A DNA stretch of 55,763 bases, the filler included, from Sphacelaria rigidula (lineage: Eukaryota), in assembly GCA_964200075.2 (NCBI GenBank). It is 5 parts of 5 records of this genome, joined end to end, with 100 filler letters (N's around TTAATTAATTAA, not from the genome) between each part and the next. Parts side by side here need not be neighbours in the genome. Positions count along the whole stretch, not along the records: positions 44,692 to 55,763 come from CAXNAA020005434.1; 4 more parts are not named here. One strand, 5' to 3'. A program made the position numbers and the translations under genes. The notes beneath the pieces were generated by a model. It ran no database searches and was not told where the DNA came from. It saw only the letters and a list, made by a program, of their open reading frames with translations. Of this stretch, positions 46,526 through 55,763 are shown one piece after another; position 1 is the first letter of the stretch; every line of letters starts with the position of its first letter.

Positions 46526-49500
46526 CTTCAACACTGTCGCAAACGCGCCGTTCTGTACGGCATGTCCTGCGGGATAAGAGGGATGAGCCGGTGAGCCTTC
46601 CTTTACCGCCTATGCCGGGTAGACGACCATTTCATTCCATCCAGCCCCCAAAGGTCAAGCCATAATACCCATCCGTGTAGCCGATACATCGTGCGGCGGT
46701 GCGGGGCGAGGGAGAAACGGAAAGGTCAAACGGGAAAAGGTTAGCAAATAATGATGAATGGGAAGCGACCTAGGTTCATGTTTTGACGCGAGTGAATAGT
46801 GCTTGACGTTCGACGTCCGAAGTTCGACGTTCGACACCCGTTGAGACATGTGTGAACGTGTACATAATTGAAAGTACACCGCCTCAGCGACGAAGATCAC
46901 AGCGTTCGTGTCGCTGTGCCTTCATCCTTGTCTTCATTCCAACCTCTTTTGAAAACCAAGATACTCGGATAAGACTCGGCGTTGCTTCGGGGAGACACGG
47001 TCTTGCATGACACGCGGTGAACACGAACAACACAGAAACAGATACACCACCACTAGTGATGCAAACCCCGTCTTTGAGGCCTAGTTTGGCGAGACACATA
47101 TTGGTGAACATCATCTGGGACTCGGGAACACAATCCACTTCACCACAAATTACACACCCCGCCCGCGTGAGAGTCAATTATTTTGAAGAAATATGAGATA
47201 TTTGGCATAGGGGATAGGGATTTGCGACAGGCCGTATGCTAGTTGTTGCACAACGTGAGGACTAGAAAACAGAACGGTCGGCATCTCCAGAACGGAGTTT
47301 TGATCCAACTCCCTTTTCCATAGTGGGCCAGGTCCCAATAAATCGTCTTTGCCGGGAAAACAAGAGGAGCAGTAACAACGGCAACAACAATACGAGGTAC
47401 CCTTGATAAATAGAACAAATAAGACCCATACAGGCAGAAGAGAGAGAGAGAGAGAGTGTAGGGGGGGGAAGGGGGGGCGTCAATCACCATGGGGAGAAGG
47501 TAGGTTGCTTCGCCGTCCTCGTTCTGCATTGAATTGGAGTAGGCCACCCTGCTCAATAGCTCATGGTTATCGAGGAGGGACGCGTGTAGCGTGGATGTCA
47601 TGTTCCCGACGAGAGTGTTGTGGAGCACTCCCCCCAGGGCTTCCGGCCTTGCGTACAGGTGGACTCTCCATTTCTGGTACCAAGACACCCTGGCGCGCGA
47701 ACATACATACATACACACGTACACGTACATCTTCAATCGGCTTGTTGGTCAGCTGATCGATATATTAATCGTTGTCATACATTTACTCATCCGCCACGAA
47801 GCCAAAGGTCGTCACAATATGGACGGTTCGTATGCAACCAACACGAAACGCTTGCGGAAGGGAACTCGAGAAGAGGGGTGTACGAGGGAGAGAGAACACA
47901 TGGAAAATAAAAAAATGAGGGGGGAAAGATGCGGAGAACACTTCACAACTTCCTGTTGTTGTAGAAGAACACCTACCGGGTTACACATTGTCGTCACCAG
48001 AACGTGACACTAGCGTGTCATTCATGACACCTGAAATTTAGTCCTGAACCGATCGATCACCAAACGGTATTTTACCTGACACTTGACATCACAAACATGG
48101 ACATCATGTTCTCTTCCTGGCGCTTGAACCACCTCCAAAGTTTTGGAAAGTTGACCGGAGGACCCTCAATGCCCTTACATCAACTCACAAACGTTCACTG
48201 TGTCAGGGATATATCTATACGAGACGCAAGAAGGACTGCAATAATTGCACATTCCGCACTTTAAAGCGGTACACGAAAATCACGAGGCCGCAGGTGAAGA
48301 GAGATAGACCAGGGTTTCGAGATTTTCTTTCCGTTCCGATAATTATCCGGCGGCCTGTCTAATTTGGGTTTGGATGGAAACCAAAAGAGTGCACATACAC
48401 GCACCTTTGAGCACCCTCGGCCGCGCCCAGGCTGCGGATGAGGGCCGATCTGCCGTGCTGCACGAAACCTTGCTGACGACTGCTGGTATTGTAGGGGCCG
48501 TTAAATCCGTTGTCGTCGATAGCACCGTGCTCCAGCAGGATGAGAGCTGCCCGAAACGCCTCGCTGTTTTTGGGCGACATATTTGTGTGAAGGCGCGACG
48601 TCGGTCGTTTGTGGGATGGCACTTGGGTGGGGGAAAGGGGATGGGGAGGGGGATCGCGGACCGAACGTACTTTCATATACAGTGCCGGTTACGCCACGAG
48701 CGTAGGACTGCCGGATAGAATGCTGGAAGTAGTGCCGTACACTCCAACCCCTCTCCTTTCTGGGCACGAGTCCGTCGTCTCAAGGAATCAGTCACGTGTC
48801 CTCTCCCCAATACCTGTCTGATATGTTGGTATCGCAGCGCGGATAGTCGAATCCCGCAGTTTGTGCTTACGCTCGAGTCTTCACGTCTTTATTGATGGAC
48901 AGAAGGCCGCATTCTGCTTTAAAAAGTCCGTAATCTACAGCATCGTGACTTGAACCCGTAATCTTCCTTCCGACGACGTAACTGCCCACCATTGCACCAG
49001 CTAGACCACCGAGGCGTGGCGGCCAATACCGAGACAAAACGCCTCCCGCACTTCGAAAAACAAGTGAACATATAAAAACAAATATCGATGATATGGCGTC
49101 AGTCAAACTCATCTGTTGAAAGCTCAGTCACGTAACACCCTTTGTGCACATGCGCGTTTTCTGTCAACCGGTATCTACAACATTCTACGTTTGCCCGAAA
49201 ATGACAGCACGGAAACGATATAATACAATCTCGGGCCCTTTTGTTCATGCAGGTACTTTTTATAGGCTCGGTGTCATCCGGCTTTCATGAGATGGAATTG
49301 TTGCGGTTGGCATTGTCTATCCATGCGATGAATATGAGGCGGGCTGATTTGGAATCATCACCGTGCCGCCCTTGTCGCGGATACAGTGCTATAGTCAACG
49401 GGCAATGAGCAAACGAGAGTGAGAACGCACGCCCCCCCCCCCTCCCAAAACATTCGATGCGAGCACCAAAAACGCCATCTAGATCTTCTCCAATCCGACA

Positions 49501-52500
49501 TCAAACGCACAGACGCACAGACGCACACCGACACATCTTTTCTTGTACAAAAGTCTGCTGTCGTTGGGTATCAGCTCGTGTGTGTATCCTGTCGATGTGT
49601 ACGACCACGATGAGTGGCCGGCTCATGCATTGCAATATGTGTTCATGTATCATTTCACATTTTCACCACTTTTGCCGAGTTTTCTCTTGCGGCAAGGCAT
49701 TTTCCCCCCCGCTTTTTTTTGCAGCGCACTGAGAAGGCTCAGCGGTACAATATCGTTCAGGTTTGGGTGTCATCTGATACCTGTGGCGCGTGTTCTGGCC
49801 ACCGAAAGTCGCTCAAACTGGCCCTGTTTCGCAGTGTGTCAATCCCGAACCACAAAAGCCTCTTCAAGATCATGGAAAACTTGAAGCAAGAACCTGGACC
49901 ATGAAAAAGCCCGTTGAAGATCATGCAAACCTTGAAGCATGGTTACTTTTGGCGGGGTATTTTTCCCCCGTGTTTCTCTTTGTCGCGTTCTCGTTTATTT
50001 GGGAGCACGAACACACCGGTGATGCCGGGAGTATCACGAGAAAATGAGAGCAAAGCAGTTGGAAACAATTGAGTATTGCCTTGGCCTAAGTCAGCAACAA
50101 ACACAAGATCGTGCAATGGGCCGTTGGCGAGTTGAACAAGGCACAGCAGCACGGCAGCACAGGAGTGTTTTGCCGCAAAAAACAATCACCCCCGTTTGAA
50201 AAAGGGTCCGGTGATGTGGAAGCCACAGTCATGTACAAAGAACATGCCAATAATGTTCCAACGCGTTCCAATTTTTCGGGACGTGCCTCCCGCTGTCATG
50301 TCTTAGCGGCATAATAGCTACTTCGCACTCTGACACCTCGGGTGTCCTACGCCGGCGGTTGCGCCGTCGGCCTCCGTCCGAATTCTCATATTTCCGAACG
50401 ACATCCGATAACACGTGCGATGTTTTGTACAGCCACGATCATTGCTGTACATTTGAGATACAACAGTAGCTTCTCTCAACCATACTTTTCGACTTGCATC
50501 ATGCCCGGGAGGCCCGTACCAACATCCCTAAGTGGAACCTTGCATATGTATATATATATATATATTGATGGGACGCGTGTTCATGTCGCGAAACTTGAGA
50601 TGAGTACTCCCCTTAGCAAGGTCGAAAACTCACGTCACGATCGTGTCGGTGAACACAAGTCTCGACAAGTCACGGGCCGTCCGGATGTAACGCTCAGTCC
50701 CGTCTACTTCTTCCGGCCCGTCTGGCGCGCCTCCGTTCTAGGAAGCGAAGAACAAGATTGGCCATGAAAACCACATCCCGGATGTGGTCCGCGGCCGTAT
50801 TGGGTGAGGGGAAGGGCGCGCGCGGGGAGGAAGGAAGGGGGAATGCTATGATTGGGGTGGGGATACTTCGAGTCACGTCGTACATCAAAGATCCACTTTG
50901 TAGCGTCGCTGCAAGCTTCGAGTGTAAATTTCGGGTGATTTTGGTTTCATGAAGGATTTACACAGTCACAACCATCTCACCGATTTGTGACCGACTGGCG
51001 ATACCACCCTCCCCTTCTCTTGTCTTTTCTCCTTGCTTCATGTCTATTTCGTTCTTGGTTTGTCGTGTTTAGTTTTGTTCTCCACTGTCCTGTTCTAGCT
51101 TGCTTGGTTCTTCACCTTCTCATATTTGTAGGCTCATTTCGTGGGCTCCATTTTGGTTCTGTCATCCTTCGACCCTTGTCGCCTCGCATTACCGCACCTT
51201 GCCTTACCCCTTCCTGACTTGTTCGGTATCCCGCCTTATACGGTTTTCCTAAATTGGTTTTTGGCGTCCCAAGCCCCACATACCGCGTATCTTATTTCGA
51301 GACGTGCGTATACGTCAATTCTCGTGTATTGTTTTCTTTTCATGACGTGTGTGGAGGACCCCGCTCTCCGGGGCGCCGTGCGTTTTTGTTCGTGGGTGTA
51401 TGGCTCATGTTTCCTTGTATCATTGTCTTTCTTGTGTCATTACTCGTGAACACGGGCGCTAGATTCATGGAAAACGACTCAATGTGAGAAGCAACAACAA
51501 CGACCACTCCACAGCGATTGTATTCACATACACGTACAAGGCCATAAGGCCTTGTGTAAGGTTGTGCTGTCACATTGAACCCTTTGCTTCGTGCTGAGTT
51601 ACGTCTCAAGTGACGAGAAAGGTCACTCGAACACGCGAAGATATACTAGCACACGCACAAAGAGTCCAATCGCGTATAACTTCGTCAAATATACACTCAG
51701 GAAACCGATAATTTCGAGTGGTGCTGCCATAGCTCCCGGCGGAAATGTAGTTGATGTTGAGACGGCACAATCTATTGTACATGCAAATCAAAATGACAGA
51801 AGCCAAGCACACCGAGAAACTCGGAACTCTCGCGCTTGGGATACTTGTCGCCAAGGTCGCCCACATGAGGCGCTCCATGCAGTCTGAAACCAGACGCATG
51901 CGCTATATGGCCCAGTTTCTCCGCGACAGTCAACGGGAAGAGATTCTGCGAATCAAGTCTTGATTGAAAACACCCGTCGGGAGGTGCTTGTCGGATGTTG
52001 TTGGATAGCATGAAAAACAGGGCAGGTGACAGATGGGTTCAGGCGCGCTGTTTGTTCCACGGCAACACTACACTGGGCACCTGCTGTAGCGGAGCGGTTG
52101 AGATGGGGGCGGTGGTGATATGGAGATACAAATGATCCAAACGAGCTTCCTTTTTTCTCTGAGTACCTCATACGTGTAGCCGAGTATACACTATGCTGAA
52201 TGAGTACATTGCTTGCGTGCGGGCTTCCGTACTTTACACGATAGACAACCACCTTCATGATTCTTCGACGAACGATCAAAAAGTGAACCGCAGCAGTATT
52301 TTCCTGTTGTTCAGCTTCCACCGAACGCTTAGTATCATGGCCTATGAGATTGGGGAACGGGGAGATAAGGGCTGAAACAGTGGGAGAGTTTCATCGGTTT
52401 TCGGATTGATAACCCCTTAGCAACGATTTTCACCCACATACAAACGAGATCAACAACCAACACCTGAATGTGCAGCCAGCTCTCGTAGTCCGTCATGTAA

Positions 52501-53573
52501 TCCACGCCGGGCGCAAAGGTGGTCGCCTTGGGGCTGATGGTGATGGAGTCCATAGTGTAGTTTTTCACCAGCAGCTGCTCACACGTGTGATGCATGGGGC
52601 AGGAGTGAGGGATCGGGACAATATTTCCCGGGTGGTTTTGAAATATCATCAAGGGTAAACCCGGCTCTTTATCGACAATCGCCGTGCCCCTCTGTTCAGC
52701 ATCGAGTGCTGGATCAAGACTGACTCATGCAACGCGTCCATTTTCATCGCATTGTTTGTTTTTCATTCACCAACTCACGTACGTCCCTTCACGTTTTCGG
52801 ACGATGGAAGCTAGCAAAGATCGACTCTCCTGCCAAGCTGTTGCTCATGTACCTCTTCGACCACCGGGGCCGGGGCGGTGCATTTTGCATGTGCACATAC
52901 TCTCGTTCAGAAGGTCCAGGGTGGCCTACCTCGCCGCCCCGACCTTGACAGATCAAGCGCAGAACAATGTTGTGTGTGCGCGCGCGCACTCGATTGGTTG
53001 AGTGACCCAAGTGTCGCGGATTAAGAAATGACCGAAGGGGATCCAACGGTGGTCGAACGATAGACGTACCCAGCTTTTATAAAACAGATACACATGCTGA
53101 AAAATGATTACAACGAGAAAAACATATAAAAGAAACAAAAGAAAGGAAACACAATAGAGCAAAAACAAATATACGAAAGAAACTGCTTATTGAAAAAGCA
53201 ATTTTGCAGCAATTATTTCGAGTCTCGAAACCGGTCGTTTGTTGCAAAACATTTTCTTCCTCGTTGTGGCCGACACCAGCAGCACCGCCAATCGCACCGT
53301 GCTGCCGCCATTCTGCACCCATCACTTTATCGAGACACTCAAGTCATTTGTTGCTTGCCTTAGTCGTTTGACCATCGTGCGGCGACGACAGAGCCACGCC
53401 AGCAACATCACCACACCACCTAGCTTTTACACCCACCTGCGTGATCATAGGACCCTTGTCCACCCCGACGAAGCTGGCTCGGAAGAGGTGCTTGAGGGGG
53501 TCGATATAGCCGTGAGGGGTACTGGCTACGGCGTATTCCTTCGACAGGAATCCGGGCATGGCCGCCAGATTCA
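46526..53573 (-). CDS. Vanadium-dependent haloperoxidase, probably iodoperoxidase (vIPO-type); six internal exons, both ends outside the contig
   Basis: Phase-compatible exons: 53573-53437 (NLAAMPGF...LFRASFVGVDKGPMITQ); 52574-52464 (LLVKNYTMDSITISPK...WLHIQ); 50737-50634 (NGGAPDGPEE...YIRTARDL); 48563-48405 (EAFRAALILLE...RQQGFV...GAAEGAQR); 47689-47488 (WYQKWRVHLYARPEALGG...YLLPM); 46609-46526 (EGSPAHPSYPAGHAVQNGAFATVLK). The order is colinear with brown-algal vBPO/vIPO as I recall them. Confidence 0.93.
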
Positions 53574-54084
53574 CTGGAGCCCGCCGACGGTCCGGTCCGG
53601 GTAGGAGGGGGGGGAGGGGAGGGGGAGGGAATGAGTGGCGCTTACGGTGTACCTTCCTTAGGAAAGCATTAGGACCGGGATTACGGTAGATAGGCTCTTC
53701 TTCGGTGAAAAGATTCTTCTTGACACACGGCATTTATACGAGTACAAGCTTCATGCATTGAGTAATACTTGCAGACACGGCACTTTCTTCCTGCATACTG
53801 AATCTACTATTATAGTAGCTGGCCTGCCTCCACAAAATTGCAGACCCGAAGAGTGGATGAATATATTACACGGGAGTATTGGGTAGACAAATTCCAAATA
53901 CACGGGGCAGCCAACGTCGACTGACGTACTTCGTGAATGAATTTGAAGATGATTTTTCATACATTGTTTTCTATCGTCAGGTCATTTGATGGGCCAATAG
54001 GAAATCGTGCGAATGATGCAGAATAGCAGGGAATTACACGGGGAAACGTGAGGGTGACCAAGGGTCTGTCGACAAAAGATTTCC

Positions 54085-54192
54085 GAACACGTAGGCCCCG
54101 AGATCGAAAATTGAGTTTTTGAGGGAGGGGAACACCCAGCCCGCTGTCTCCCAGGTTTTTGCCCAGGCGTCGGCGGATGCGGTCAGCTGCCG
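54085..54192 (-). repeat. Dispersed element end, homologous to 22890-23030
   Basis: Reverse complement cacggcagctgaccgcatccgcc...ccctcaaaaactcaattttcgatctcggggccta matches acggcagctgaccgtatccgcc...cctcaaaaactcgaattttcgatcttggggccta. Confidence 0.75.
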
Positions 54193-55763
54193 TGTACAGA
54201 GATCGTTGGCATGGAGACCCATGAGATGGCGGACGCGCCGCCCCCCGAAGCTCGTCACTTACTATGATTACCTTCATGGGATAATGTTCCGTGTTGTGTG
54301 CCTCGAGTACACACTAGTAGCCCGGAAAAGTATGGCAAGGCGTGAGATAATGTTGCTATTCTGGCTACAGGCCGTCACTACTGTGCCCTGGTGTGCATAC
54401 ATGTGTGTGAGTGTGGCCGGCATCCGAGGTGATCGGGACAGAGCGAGCAAAGAGCAGAGGCAAATATACGAACCTCGCGAAGCCCACCAGAATTTCCGTT
54501 TTCGCCAGTGTTCCTTCGAGAGTGTACTCATGATCATGCATGCCATAGTCATAAGACCATTGACCTCGCAGGGGGGGGGGGGGGATCCGTGTCCGGAAAT
54601 CTTGACCCGACAGACCCTTGGGGTGACGTCACTATTCCATTGCCGTGTACACCGCAAGCGAGGCGAGAACAGGCGAGTATGCCCTGTCACTCAGAGACAG
54701 ACGTGACTGCTTACTACCAGAGCTCTCGCAACTGCGAACACACACATAGATGTGTATACAGTATGCTGATGTCCATATTAATATGTCCACGCCAACGAAT
54801 TTTGCCCCTCTCCCCTCGACCGTCGGGTGGGGGAGGGAATAGATGCACAGAATTGCCTCTATGGCAAAGCAACAGAGATTGGAAGCCATAGAGGGCAGAC
54901 TGAGGTATACTGGAGGAACGGGACGTGTCAGAGGCGGGAGTGTGGCAAGTGAACGAAGGTGGCGTAAATTTGTTTGATACATTAGACAGTATAGCGAGAA
55001 CACGAGCGCAACGGAAAGGGGATAAGATGTGTGAAACGTTTTGTGCAATGTATTGAAGAAACGTAATAGGCACCTTCATGTCGGAGGTGTCTCTATTAGG
55101 AGTAGGAACGGTGCTCCGTCCCGAAAGGAATGCGTGGTCAATGATCGTGAAACGAAAAAAACAACTCAAAGAAGGAAATGAGAGCGCAGGGAAAACGTAG
55201 TCGACATGTTGGCAATATTGGAGATGATGAATAAGTGAACCGGACATAGATGTGCCCCGTCTGATTACGGATTACGGATGCAAAAACACACGCGATCAGC
55301 TGGCTTCCTGAGAGGGCAACAAAAAGCCAGTGTAAGGCGGTTAGCTCATCGCGCCCGCGCAATGAAACGAGTTTTCAGCAAATATGCCCACCAGGACGCG
55401 GTATGTCGTCGATACCACTTTTCGGTTTTGTCCTTCCGTTTTTTCCCCAAGACAAGAGAAAGTGAATAAATTCAAGTGTCGTCGGAGACAAATGAACCAC
55501 TAGTGCCAAGCAAGCTAAAACCTGCGTGTTATGTCATACGTCATAATCCATAGATTCATGTGGACATACTTCATGCACCATAATGCTCTTAATCTCTACT
55601 TTTTCCTCCGGGGATCAACCCATCTCTCGTCCGGTACACGCTTTGCGCTTTGGTATGTATCGCGGAATTGAGTATAGTAGCACTTCGGTACCGCGTCGGA
55701 CACTTTCTACGATAGCCCCCCCCCAAAACCAGCTAAAAGTGTCACGAAAAAAATGGCCATAAA

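Noticed and set aside
34964-53573. Apparent redox/defence cluster of EF-hand NAD kinase next to a haloperoxidase
   Set aside because: The genes are on different contigs joined by an artificial linker, so the adjacency is a size-sorting artefact.

Overview
Eukaryotic, intron-rich DNA, most likely from a brown alga (Phaeophyceae; the iodoperoxidase-type gene suggests a kelp). The window is not one locus. It is five contigs of 11074, 11073, 11072, 11072 and 11072 nt, in descending length order, joined by identical 100-nt N44-TTAATTAATTAA-N44 linkers, so neighbourhood across linkers means nothing. Contig 1 holds an intronless FNIP-repeat gene, a foldback element and a decayed Ty1/copia element. 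Contig 2 holds a multi-exon PRORP (PPR + Zn + NYN protein-only RNase P) whose 3' end is missing. Contig 3 is a nest of repeats: a full-length but decayed chromodomain Ty3/gypsy element inserted into an older gypsy element, plus a palindromic MITE. Contig 4 holds a multi-exon gene fusing an EF-hand module to an NAD kinase, plus an array of nested hairpins. Contig 5 holds six internal exons of a vanadium-dependent haloperoxidase with the iodoperoxidase-type HPSYPAGH site. All exon calls were made by hand from GT/GC-AG sites, frame continuity and recognised motifs; no database searches were run.
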